Assembly: GCA_017475405.1 (NCBI GenBank)
Contig: JAFVFN010000008.1
Coordinates: forward strand, 1,254 to 65,253
Source: Elusimicrobiaceae bacterium
GTDB taxonomy: Bacteria > Elusimicrobiota > Elusimicrobia > Elusimicrobiales > Elusimicrobiaceae
Direction: 5' to 3'
Length of the DNA: 64,000 nt
The number at the start of each line of letters is the position of its first letter. Position 1 is the first letter of the stretch. Of this stretch, positions 19,177 through 27,858 are shown piece by piece. The notes under the pieces were generated by a model. It had not been told where the DNA came from and searched no databases. It worked only from the letters and a program-made list of their open reading frames with translations. Position numbers and translations under genes: made by a program.

Positions 19177-19728
19177 TCAATAATTCCATCCATATATATT
19201 TGAAGACGACCAGGATACATCTGCCTCAGAATGATTTGTTTCATTTTTACAAATTTGATAGGGAATTCCCGTTTTATTTGATCCATATGCATAACAAACG
19301 GTTTTTCCCGGCGTACGATTAGAATGATTTAAATGGATAAAATATCCTAATACACGATCATGGACATCATCTGTTACTCCTGTTTGGTATAAAGAGCAGG
19401 AAACAGAAGCTACAACATCTTTAAATACCTCTAATCCGCATTCTCCCCATTTATAGTAATATGTTCCATAACTTTCCACTTCTGAAGTTCTTTCTGGCGT
19501 AGGGATTTCTATATCCAAATTTTGGATTCGATCAGTATAAGAACCTGTTGCTAAATAATATACTTCTTCTGCCGCGGCTATTGTTTTGGCTATATGTTTA
19601 ATAGTTGCAAAACGACTTTTCCACACCGCTTTTTGATATTGTGGCACCGCTACCGCTGCTAAAATTCCTATAATTAGCACTACTACCAAAAGCTCTATGA
19701 GCGTAAATGCTTGTTTATTTCCTTGCAT
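19177..19728 (-). CDS. Type IV pilin-like protein (no structured leader)
   Basis: [36 protein letters not shown]. Confidence 0.9.
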   Translation of the reverse strand: MQGNKQAFTLIELLVVVLIIGILAAVAVPQYQKAVWKSRFATIKHIAKTIAAAEEVYYLATGSYTDRIQNLDIEIPTPERTSEVESYGTYYYKWGECGLEVFKDVVASVSCSLYQTGVTDDVHDRVLGYFIHLNHSNRTPGKTVCYAYGSNKTGIPYQICKNETNHSEADVSWSSSNIYGWNY

Positions 19729-19762
19729 AATTATCTCTCCCTATTAGGTATTCTATAGAGAC

Positions 19763-19791
19763 AGAATATCAAAAAAAAAAAAACGCGTCAA
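19763..19791 (-). promoter_or_regulatory. Pilin promoter with poly(T)13 spacer tract (putative phase-variable)
   Basis: Minus strand TTGACG-CG(T13)GA-TATTCT, 17-bp spacer; A13 on + strand at 19771-19783. Confidence 0.7.
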
Positions 19792-19886
19792 GCGAAATTT
19801 TTGGTTCCACAGTTCAACCTGCTAGTGCAACTTTAGTTAGTTTTTATTGTTTGCCTTTTTTAACGATTTCTTGTTACAATGGATTT

Positions 19887-21011
19887 ATGAAGTCCCTGAA
19901 AGCCATTTTCCTTCTCTTGTTGATGACGATCTTCTTGCCGTTACATGCCGGTGGAGGTATTCGTTTTTTACAAAAGGCAGGTAGAGCACTGTCTCCCCAA
20001 GAAGCACGCTTACAACGGGCTATTTCTTATCATATGGACCGTGCCGTACTAAATGCTTCGCATACAGCACAACTAGCAAACACAAACCGGTTGGCTTATT
20101 TTCAATCGTCTCGTACTATTCCTTTTCAACGTATGGCCACAGTCAGTGCCCCAGACCGATATTTGCCGGAGCCCGTAGACCCTTTGTTTATTTTGCGTAA
20201 TGACAAAATGGCCTTTCAATGGTTTGAAACTATAGAAAAAGATCTACATTTTTTGCAAGACCAAAAAGACGCTATTTATAAGACGATAAACTGGCAACGC
20301 GTGTCCCCAGAACAAATGGATTACGCCGCTCTTATTCCAGCAACTGTTCGCAAAATCTTTGTAGGCGAGGAACACAACCAACCTGCCATTTATAAAGCAT
20401 TTGAAAATATGGTATTTCAGTACCAAAAAAAATTTCCGGAACGAAAAATTATTGTTTTAACCGAATTTGTATCAGACCGATTATTACCTTGGCAAAAACC
20501 GGGAAAACCTGTAGGACGTTTGGAGATGCCACTTCGACGTAATTCAAATAAATTTACTTTTTTTAATAAATTTATCCGTGCAGGTATTCAGGTAATCGGT
20601 TTAGAAAATGTAGGATATATTAAAGACCATGAATCTTTGATTACTCCCTCGGAAAGCCAATACGAATCGGTTTACGGTATGCAGGAGCGTAATGCCCACT
20701 GGCGACATATTATCAGCTATGTGGCAGATAATAATCCGGACGCCGTACTTTTTATTTATGCAGGGAATATGCATACACATTACCGGGCACCTTTTACCTT
20801 GGCAAACTCTTCCCCGCAAAACTTTGTAATCCAACTGGAATCTGCTTCTTTGGGAGCAGATATGCCTTTTGGATTTATTATGAAACAAGAACCTTTTACA
20901 CAGGCTTATGCCAATAAATTAACCGTACTAAGTTGGGGCGAAAAAGATCCTGTTTTTCGCACCCGCAGTGGTTTTGATGCTTGTATTATCTTCCCTACGG
21001 AGAACCCATGA
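19887..21011 (+). CDS. Exported hypothetical protein, possibly ChaN/EreA/Tiki-superfamily fold
   Basis: Signal peptide; VGEEH, TEF, GLEN, ERNAHW and YAGNMH pattern resembles the superfamily motifs; fold call is tentative. Confidence 0.55.
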   Translation: MKSLKAIFLLLLMTIFLPLHAGGGIRFLQKAGRALSPQEARLQRAISYHMDRAVLNASHTAQLANTNRLAYFQSSRTIPFQRMATVSAPDRYLPEPVDPLFILRNDKMAFQWFETIEKDLHFLQDQKDAIYKTINWQRVSPEQMDYAALIPATVRKIFVGEEHNQPAIYKAFENMVFQYQKKFPERKIIVLTEFVSDRLLPWQKPGKPVGRLEMPLRRNSNKFTFFNKFIRAGIQVIGLENVGYIKDHESLITPSESQYESVYGMQERNAHWRHIISYVADNNPDAVLFIYAGNMHTHYRAPFTLANSSPQNFVIQLESASLGADMPFGFIMKQEPFTQAYANKLTVLSWGEKDPVFRTRSGFDACIIFPTENP

Positions 21012-21973
21012 AAAAGCTTTTTTTCTTACTTATTTGTTTCATGTCTATTTCGCTATATGCTGAGGTTAGCGTAATGACAGTAACAGATGAGAACAAACAT
21101 ACTACCAAAGAAGATTTTAACCATACCTTTGAATATTACATCGTGTCAAACGGACGAAGCTCTAAATGTCAGGCAACCCGTATTGCTCCGCGGTGGTTTG
21201 CCACTGCAGCCCACTGCGTCAAAGATATGTGCGCCCAGTCTTGTGAAATCCGCATGGATTTATTGGATTTACCTGTCTCTATCTTAGCAGAAACCCAACA
21301 TACAGCCAAAAAGCCCAATATTTTTGTGCATCCCGGTTATAAAGAAGGAAAACTCGTCAAAGATGATTTTGCACTTATCCGTTTAGATATAAACCGGGCA
21401 CCAAAAACCTATTATCGCCGAGCTACATCCAAAAACCCTAAAAATGTAGCGATGAGCGAGCAACAATTTATCGCTTGGATGTCCCGCAATCCGCGCTCCA
21501 ACAGTAAATACCGACACGTATTAAGTCCGGATTTACCGCCCATAGCCATATTTGACAACGCAAATTATGTATTGGATAGAAAAATGTCAGTAATTTCTAT
21601 TTTTAGCGGAAAAAGGGAAGTTAAACCGGACCCAAATCCTGTATATTACGTCAAAGATTTGGGGTATGCCTATACTAAGAACTTCGGCATCCGCAAAGGG
21701 ATGAGCGGATCCGGCGTGATGACCAATACTGGGGAACTCATTGGAATTATTTCTGCCTATGTAGGAGCGGATCTCTATAAAGGCAAAGAAAAAATCAAAC
21801 ATGCAGATTTGTTTATGTTTCCAGTCTTTAATGAAAGTTTGGTCAGTTTTATGCGCGATACCCTAGGTAGTGATTGGGGACGCGTAGACCAAAAAGACGC
21901 TTATCCGTATTTAGTCAAAAAGACAAAAAAAGATTTTACGGAAGTGATGGTAATTATGAAAGACAGTAAATAA
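21008..21973 (+). CDS. Exported trypsin-like serine protease
   Basis: TAAHC (His), DDFALIRL (Asp), GMSGSG (Ser); signal peptide; ATGA overlap with the upstream stop. Confidence 0.8.
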   Translation: MKKLFFLLICFMSISLYAEVSVMTVTDENKHTTKEDFNHTFEYYIVSNGRSSKCQATRIAPRWFATAAHCVKDMCAQSCEIRMDLLDLPVSILAETQHTAKKPNIFVHPGYKEGKLVKDDFALIRLDINRAPKTYYRRATSKNPKNVAMSEQQFIAWMSRNPRSNSKYRHVLSPDLPPIAIFDNANYVLDRKMSVISIFSGKREVKPDPNPVYYVKDLGYAYTKNFGIRKGMSGSGVMTNTGELIGIISAYVGADLYKGKEKIKHADLFMFPVFNESLVSFMRDTLGSDWGRVDQKDAYPYLVKKTKKDFTEVMVIMKDSK

Positions 21974-22008
21974 AGATTTTTGTTATAATAAAAGTGTAGC
22001 AAGAAGAA

Positions 22009-22210
22009 AATTTAATCTGTTTTTGGAAGCGTTTTAGAAACGCTGAGCTGTTATAAACTAACAGCACCAAGTAAGTCCAAAAACAGCTGTTTTAGGTACT
22101 ATACCCATAAGCTGATCCCTTGTTGGTATAGTGCCGAGTGTTTGCCACATGGTGGCAAGCCACGGCTGTTATTGATGGGTTACTTACTTGGACTCGGATA
22201 TAGCAGCCGT
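22009..22210 (+). ncRNA. Pilin leader structured RNA, copy 2
   Basis: P1 CTGTTTTTGG/CCAAAAACAG; pseudoknot CCAAGTAAGT (22067-76) with ACTTACTTGG (22182-91); terminal ACGGCTGTTAT/ATAGCAGCCGT; TGTTATAAT at 21981. Confidence 0.85.
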
Positions 22211-22251
22211 TTTTATTACGTATTTTCCAAAAACAAATTTTAGGAGAATAT

Positions 22252-22773
22252 ATGAAAAATAATAAACAAGCATTTACACTCATTGAGCTTTTAGTCGTTG
22301 TACTCATTATAGGAATTTTAGCATCAGTGGCCCTTCCTCAATACAGGAAAGCAGTTGATAAGGCTCATTTTACGGAATTACTAAATGCCATTCGACCTCT
22401 TAGAGATATGCAAGAAATTTACTACTTAGCAAATGGAGAATATGCTAAAGATTGCGAAGAATTAGGAGCCGAATTTCCTGGATATAATTTAAACTCAAAA
22501 AAACAATTAGTAAATAACAAAAACCATTTTGTACTAGATTGTCAACGCGGTATTACCGATGGAGATAATGGCTATGACCGAGTAGAAGGCCTTACCACCC
22601 CGATACAAATTACTTTTGGATTTATGTTATCACATGCAAAGTATGTAAATTCGCGTAATAAAATGTATTGTTATGCTGTAAATACAAGCACATATCATCA
22701 ACAATTGTGCCAAAGTTTTTGTGGAGAGTTAGAACCTATTTTATTCCAGGGCAAAGGATGCTATATGAATTAG
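22252..22773 (+). CDS. Type IV pilin-like protein
   Basis: [31 protein letters not shown]. Confidence 0.9.
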   Translation: MKNNKQAFTLIELLVVVLIIGILASVALPQYRKAVDKAHFTELLNAIRPLRDMQEIYYLANGEYAKDCEELGAEFPGYNLNSKKQLVNNKNHFVLDCQRGITDGDNGYDRVEGLTTPIQITFGFMLSHAKYVNSRNKMYCYAVNTSTYHQQLCQSFCGELEPILFQGKGCYMN

Positions 22774-22803
22774 AAATAGCCCGCTCATTAGAGCGGGCTA
22801 TTT
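22774..22803. terminator. Bidirectional terminator (pilin/rplA)
   Basis: AAATAGCCCGCTC/GAGCGGGCTATTT. Confidence 0.8.
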
Positions 22804-22824
22804 GTGTTTGCAAAAGAGAGTTTG

Positions 22825-23499
22825 TTACTTATTGGTTACAAATACTCCGGGCCCCATGGTAGAGCTTACTGCAATGCTCTGCACATACACCCCTTTGGAG
22901 GTGCTGGGCTTTACACGGAGGATTGTTTCTAACACAGCTTTTGCGTTTTCTGCCAATTTGGTGGCGTCAAAAGACGCTTTACCGATAATGGCATGTACGA
23001 TACCGTAAGCATCGGCCTTGAACTCAATACGACCGGCTTTTAAAGCTTTAATCGTATTGGCCAAGTCAAAGGTCACGGTGCCGGATTTCGGGTTAGGCAT
23101 TAAACCGCGCGGGCCCAAGATTTTGGCGGCTTTGGCCAAATCTTTCATGGTATCCGGTGTAGCAACGAGCACATCAAAGTCAATTTTGCCTTTAAGTACT
23201 TCGTCTACAATGTCTTCGCATCCGACTTTATCGGCCCCGGCATTTTGCGCTTCTTGAGCGTGCTCGCCTTTGGCGATAACGGCGATGCGTTTGGTTTTAC
23301 CTGTACCGTGCGGCAATGCTACCGTAGAGCGGACCTGTTGGTCGGCTTTTTTGGTATCAATGCCCAGCTTTACGTGCAGTTCCACCGTTTCATCGAATTT
23401 GGCTTTGGCATTATCTTTTACGATTTGCACGCCTTCTTCTACGGTGTACACTTTCTTTTTATCGTACGCTTTAGCTGCTGCTTCTAATCTTTTTCCCAT
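22825..23499 (-). CDS. rplA: 50S ribosomal protein L1
   Basis: KFDETVE, LPHGTG, LGPRGLMPNPKSGTV and SSTMGPG motifs. Confidence 0.97.
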   Translation of the reverse strand: MGKRLEAAAKAYDKKKVYTVEEGVQIVKDNAKAKFDETVELHVKLGIDTKKADQQVRSTVALPHGTGKTKRIAVIAKGEHAQEAQNAGADKVGCEDIVDEVLKGKIDFDVLVATPDTMKDLAKAAKILGPRGLMPNPKSGTVTFDLANTIKALKAGRIEFKADAYGIVHAIIGKASFDATKLAENAKAVLETILRVKPSTSKGVYVQSIAVSSTMGPGVFVTNK

Positions 23500-23513
23500 C
23501 TAAATACTCCTTA

Positions 23514-23541
23514 GGTTCAAGCGGGCTTGCGCCCTCCCTGA
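23514..23541 (-). promoter_or_regulatory. Probable L1-binding translational operator before rplA
   Basis: GGGAG-GGC-GCAA-GCC-CGCTTGAACC immediately before the rplA SD; resembles L1 autoregulatory sites. Confidence 0.45.
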
Positions 23542-23549
23542 GACTTAAA

Positions 23550-23984
23550 TTATTTAACTACGTCTACACCCATGCTGCGGCAGGTACCTTTTACCATTTC
23601 CGCGGCTTGTTTGATGTCTTTGGTGTTCAAATCGGGCAATTTTTGGGCCGCGATTTTTTCACATTGGGCTTGCGTAATCTTGCCGACTTTATCTTTGTGT
23701 GGAGCTCCGGAACCTTTTGCCAGTTTAAGCTCTTTGATAATCAGCGTGGCCATAGGCGGCATCTTGGTAATAAAGGTGAAAGAGCGGTCTTCAAAAACAG
23801 TGATGATGACCGGGATCTTAATACCTTTCTCCATTTTAGCAGTCTTGGCGTTGAATTGTTTGCAAAATTCCATGATGTTTACACCGTGCTGACCCAAAGC
23901 CGGACCCACAGGCGGGGCCGGGTTGGCTGCACCGGCAGGAATTTGCAATTTAATGTATCCTTTAATTTTTTTCTCTTTTGCCAT
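23550..23984 (-). CDS. rplK: 50S ribosomal protein L11
   Basis: [32 protein letters not shown]. Confidence 0.97.
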   Translation of the reverse strand: MAKEKKIKGYIKLQIPAGAANPAPPVGPALGQHGVNIMEFCKQFNAKTAKMEKGIKIPVIITVFEDRSFTFITKMPPMATLIIKELKLAKGSGAPHKDKVGKITQAQCEKIAAQKLPDLNTKDIKQAAEMVKGTCRSMGVDVVK

Positions 23985-24025
23985 TTTTGTGTTACTCCAT
24001 AATTTTTACTGCTTACGCGGTAAAA

Positions 24026-24565
24026 TCAGTTCTTTTCTACTTGCAGGAAGTCCACTTCTACGGGGGTGGCACGGTCAAATACCGTTACCATGACTTTGAG
24101 TTTGTTCTTTTGTTCGTTAACTTCTTCTACAACCCCAATAAAGTGTTTAAACGGACCTTCGGTAATACGTACACTTTCGCCACGTTTAAATTCCACCAAA
24201 TATTTCGGTTTGCCGCCAGGATTATTAATGCGGTCTAAAATTTCGGTGACATCCTCTTCCGACAGCGGCACAGGAGACGGATCACCTAAAAACCCGCTGA
24301 CCCCCGTAATATTGCGAATAAACCAATAAGCTTCGCTGGTCATTTTCATTTCCACAAGCACATAGCTAGGGAAAAATTTACGTTGGTGACGGATTTCTTT
24401 ATTTTGTTTTACTTCGCGCACTTCTTCCGTCGGAACAAGCGCTTGGAAGATTTGTTCACCCATCTGATGGGTTTCCACATCTAACAAAATTTTCTTTTTT
24501 ACTCTTTCTTCGTAGCCGGTTTGTGTATGTACGACGTACCAAGCGGTAGGTGTTTCTTCAGCCAT
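24026..24565 (-). CDS. nusG: Transcription factor NusG
   Basis: WYVVHTQTGYE, FFPSYVLVEM and KOW domain ITEGPF..G.VEEV. Confidence 0.95.
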   Translation of the reverse strand: MAEETPTAWYVVHTQTGYEERVKKKILLDVETHQMGEQIFQALVPTEEVREVKQNKEIRHQRKFFPSYVLVEMKMTSEAYWFIRNITGVSGFLGDPSPVPLSEEDVTEILDRINNPGGKPKYLVEFKRGESVRITEGPFKHFIGVVEEVNEQKNKLKVMVTVFDRATPVEVDFLQVEKN

Positions 24566-24756
24566 TAGTGCCCTCCTACTACGGCGCCCAAAATGCGCGT
24601 AAGGCCAAAGTCTATGATACCGACATAGGCCGATACCAATACTACCACGATGCCCACCAAGATGGTGGATTGAATTACTTCCTGTCTGGACAACCAGGTG
24701 GACTTTTTCAGTTCTGCTACAGAATCCTTTACGAATTGGATTGCCTTATTCATCAT
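24565..24756 (-). CDS. secE: Preprotein translocase subunit SecE
   Basis: FVKDSVAELKKSTWLSRQE plus one TM; upstream of nusG; true start after tRNA-Trp. Confidence 0.9.
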   Translation of the reverse strand: MMNKAIQFVKDSVAELKKSTWLSRQEVIQSTILVGIVVVLVSAYVGIIDFGLTRILGAVVGGH

Positions 24757-24782
24757 AGGGTGGTTTTCCTTGGTATAAAACC

Positions 24783-24857
24783 TGGCAGGAGCGGAAGGAC
24801 TCGAACCTTCAGTCCCGGTTTTGGAGACCGGTGGTTTACCAGTTAACCGACGCTCCC
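24783..24857 (-). tRNA. tRNA-Trp(CCA)
   Basis: Cloverleaf, anticodon loop CTCCAAA, GTTCGAG T-loop, encoded CCA. Confidence 0.95.
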
Positions 24858-24866
24858 ACAAAAAAC

Positions 24867-25028
24867 TTAAGAGGCTTTGCCTTCTTTATGTACAGTTTGT
24901 TTTCCGCAAGCTTTGCAGAATTTATTTAATTCTAACTTGTACTCTTTCTTTTTGCCGCGCACTTTATAATAGTTCTTGTTTTTGCATTCCGTGCAAATCA
25001 GCGCGATCGTCATTCTTTCAGTTGCCAT
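24867..25028 (-). CDS. rpmG: 50S ribosomal protein L33 (Zn-binding type)
   Basis: IALICTECKNKNY..LELNKFCKACGKQTVHKE. Confidence 0.95.
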   Translation of the reverse strand: MATERMTIALICTECKNKNYYKVRGKKKEYKLELNKFCKACGKQTVHKEGKAS

Positions 25029-25134
25029 CTTGTGTTTCCTTACAAAGGGATAATTTTGCCGTACGTTCACCTGCGCAGGGGCGGGATTTATCTCCCGCCC
25101 TGCGGCAGAGAACTAAACATGCAAAGTACTGCGT

Positions 25135-26325
25135 TTACTCAATAATTTTGGTTACTACACCAGCGCCTACGGTGTGGCCACCTTCGCGGATAGCGAAGCG
25201 TAAACCTTCTTCCATAGCTACCGGGGTAATAAGTTTTACTTCAATTTCGGCATTATCGCCAGGCATAATCATGTCTTGATCAAAAGACAATTCACCGGTT
25301 ACGTCCGTGGTGCGGAGGTAAAATTGCGGTTTATAGCCTTTGGCGAGCGGAGTGTGGCGTCCGCCTTCTTCTTTTTTCAAGATGTAAACTTGGCCTTTGA
25401 AGTGTTTGTGCGGGGTTACCGTTTTCGGAGCAGCCAATACCTGACCGCGTTCTACTTGGTTCTTATCAATACCGCGCAACAAGATACCGACGTTATCACC
25501 GGCGATACCTTCGTCTAAGAGTTTGCGGAACATTTCGATACCGGTGGCTACCGTATTCATGGTATCGCGGAAGCCGATGATTTCCAACGGATCACCGACG
25601 TGTACCTTACCGCGTTCAATTCTACCGGTGGCTACCGTACCACGACCGGTGATGGAGAATACGTCTTCCACAGCCATCAAGAACGGTTTATCGGTTTCGC
25701 GTTTAGGTTCAGGAATCCAGCTGTCCAAGGCTTCCATTAAGCGTTTAATGCAGGGTTCGCCCAGTTCGCTCTGATCGCCTTCAATGGCTTTCAAAGCAGA
25801 ACCGCGTACGATCGGTGTATTATCACGATCAAATTCATATTTGCCCAGTAAGTCGCGGATTTCTTCTTCAACGAGGTCTAACAAATCTTTGTCATCAACC
25901 AAGTCTACTTTGTTCAAAAATACAACGAGTTTCGGTACGTTTACCTGTTTGGCAAGCAGTACGTGTTCGCGGGTTTGGGGCATCGGACCGTCCACGGCGG
26001 ATACTACCAAGATAGCACCGTCCATTTGGGCAGCGCCGGTAATCATGTTTTTAATATAGTCGGCGTGTCCGGGGCAGTCAATGTGCGCATAATGGCGGTT
26101 GTCGGATTCATATTCTACGTGAGATACAGCTACCGTTACGATTTTGGAAGCGTCACGTACTACACCGCCTTTGGCGATATCGGTATAAGCCATAGCTTTG
26201 GCTTTACCCTCTTTCGCTAATACTTTGGTAATAGCGGTAGTGAGCGTGGTCTTACCGTGGTCTACGTGTCCAATGGTACCGACGTTCACGTGCGGTTTGC
26301 TGCGAGAAAATTTCTCTTTAGCCAT
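25135..26325 (-). CDS. tuf: Elongation factor Tu
   Basis: [30 protein letters not shown] and [10 protein letters not shown]; atypical switch I. Confidence 0.97.
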   Translation of the reverse strand: MAKEKFSRSKPHVNVGTIGHVDHGKTTLTTAITKVLAKEGKAKAMAYTDIAKGGVVRDASKIVTVAVSHVEYESDNRHYAHIDCPGHADYIKNMITGAAQMDGAILVVSAVDGPMPQTREHVLLAKQVNVPKLVVFLNKVDLVDDKDLLDLVEEEIRDLLGKYEFDRDNTPIVRGSALKAIEGDQSELGEPCIKRLMEALDSWIPEPKRETDKPFLMAVEDVFSITGRGTVATGRIERGKVHVGDPLEIIGFRDTMNTVATGIEMFRKLLDEGIAGDNVGILLRGIDKNQVERGQVLAAPKTVTPHKHFKGQVYILKKEEGGRHTPLAKGYKPQFYLRTTDVTGELSFDQDMIMPGDNAEIEVKLITPVAMEEGLRFAIREGGHTVGAGVVTKIIE

Positions 26326-26364
26326 TTGTTTAGTTCTCCTTAATTTATTTCTTAGTTTTCAGTA

Positions 26365-26437
26365 AGCTGGGAGTGGGAATCGAACCCACGACCTTTTCCT
26401 TACCATGGAAATGCTCTACCTACTGAGCTACCCCAGC
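26365..26437 (-). tRNA. tRNA-Thr(GGT), copy 1
   Basis: Cloverleaf, TTTCC-ATGGTAA-GGAAA anticodon arm. Confidence 0.93.
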
Positions 26438-26463
26438 GCTACTTTGATTACTTCAAATTTATC

Positions 26464-26536
26464 AGCTGGGAGTGGGAATCGAACCCACGACCTTTTCCTT
26501 ACCATGGAAATGCTCTACCTACTGAGCTACCCCAGC
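26464..26536 (-). tRNA. tRNA-Thr(GGT), copy 2 (identical)
   Basis: Exact duplicate of 26365-26437. Confidence 0.93.
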
Positions 26537-26549
26537 GACTCAAATTCTT

Positions 26550-26620
26550 AGCGGGCGAAGGGAATCGAACCCTCGTCACAAGCTTGGAAGGCTAGTGTTC
26601 TACCATTGAACCACGCCCGC
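26550..26620 (-). tRNA. tRNA-Gly(TCC)
   Basis: Cloverleaf, anticodon loop CTTCCAA. Confidence 0.93.
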
Positions 26621-26821
26621 AAAACAATACCCTAATATTATACAAAAAATTATTGCAGCTTCCAAATATTTTTCTGCGTGGGTACCGTCAAAAAGGACCC
26701 CCGTAGGGGTCTATATATTTTTATTATAACAAATTACATAAAAGAGTGCAACAAAATTGTTTATAAAAATATTTTTAAATTAGGCCTTGAAATTTTTTTG
26801 TTTTCCATTATAGTACTAGTA

Positions 26822-26922
26822 AGGGAGTGCCACTTAGGCCCGTTTTAAGGGTATGCCTCTTGTAGGGGAATCGGCCTCCCTGCTAGATTTGAACTCCGGC
26901 ATTATGGGTGCCGGAGTTCTTG
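26822..26922 (+). ncRNA. Candidate small structured RNA
   Basis: TTGAAA-16-TATAGT promoter; GGGAGtGCC/GGCCTCCC closing stem; then 11-bp GAACTCCGGCA/TGCCGGAGTTC hairpin. Confidence 0.35.
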
Positions 26923-27150
26923 TGATATTTGCCAAAAGAGTTTGTTCGCCGTCGTTTTCTAATATAAGCACCTTCAAACTCAGACAAATAAATAGATATT
27001 TCTCTAAATAATAATGAGGATTTTCTTAATAGATTCTCACTTCAAGTTCGTATTTCAATCTTTACAGAAAGCAGCGCCCAACTCAGAATTATTATAACTA
27101 AAATATAGCGGCTTAATATGCAACTTATGCACAAAATATAAAAAGAAGAA

Positions 27151-27222
27151 AGGTGCGGGTGGGAATCGAACCCACGAATAAGAGTTTTGCAGACTCTCGC
27201 CTTACCACTTGGCCACCGCACC
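27151..27222 (-). tRNA. tRNA-Cys(GCA)
   Basis: Cloverleaf, anticodon loop CTGCAAA, U discriminator. Confidence 0.95.
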
Positions 27223-27291
27223 ATTACATCTTAAATTTTTTATATTATAACAAAAAACATCCTTCTTTGTAAAACAAAACACACATGTCCG

Positions 27292-27858
27292 TTATACCAA
27301 CAACACCAAAAACCAAATAAAGAAAACACCCAACAGCGTGACAAATGCACATACGGGAATAAATCCAAACAGCCATCCGCCAATCGCTTCAGCCGCGTCT
27401 ACCTGCCAGGCATATTGCAAACCACGCACCAAATAAATCAGTTGCAAAACAAATACACCGAGTAGTGCTATCGGAGCCAACCAACCCAAATGCGCCTGAG
27501 GGCAGGCAGCTGAAATAAGCGCAAAAGCAATCAGCAGTGCTTTCATAAACCCGGCACTTCCCACCAGTACAAAGAGTTGCGCAGAAGATACTTTCACGCG
27601 ACGTAAATCCAAAAATAATCCGCACAGGGCCGCAATAAAATAACCGGCCGTAAGTTCCGCAGCAAATACCAGAATTAACTTGATCAACAAAACCGGTAAA
27701 CTTAGCCCGTCACCGATATTAAAAAACAATACCCATCCCAACGTGGCTACAAAATAGCCCAAACAGGCTTGTCGAAATGAACGACGATCTAATAGTCTTC
27801 GTACAGCCGCGGCCGAATCCTGGGTATACATAAAATAAGTCGTAAGTAAGTGTTTCAT
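27292..27858 (-). CDS. Multi-pass membrane protein (Yip1-like)
   Basis: About five hydrophobic segments; TAATG overlap with the sppA stop. Confidence 0.65.
   Translation of the reverse strand: MKHLLTTYFMYTQDSAAAVRRLLDRRSFRQACLGYFVATLGWVLFFNIGDGLSLPVLLIKLILVFAAELTAGYFIAALCGLFLDLRRVKVSSAQLFVLVGSAGFMKALLIAFALISAACPQAHLGWLAPIALLGVFVLQLIYLVRGLQYAWQVDAAEAIGGWLFGFIPVCAFVTLLGVFFIWFLVLLV

Noticed and set aside
24757-24861. N-terminal extension of SecE in the ORF track
   Set aside because: Overlaps tRNA-Trp; the real start is at 24756 or 24753.
25075-25104. GC-rich hairpin between tuf and rpmG as a REP or mobile repeat
   Set aside because: Single copy in the window; more simply an mRNA-stabilising or partial termination hairpin.
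26853-27011. 52-aa ORF over the small-RNA candidate
   Set aside because: Weak SD, runs through a strong hairpin, no protein-like features.
27042-27224. 60-aa minus-strand ORF
   Set aside because: Reads through tRNA-Cys and AT-rich spacer; not protein-like.
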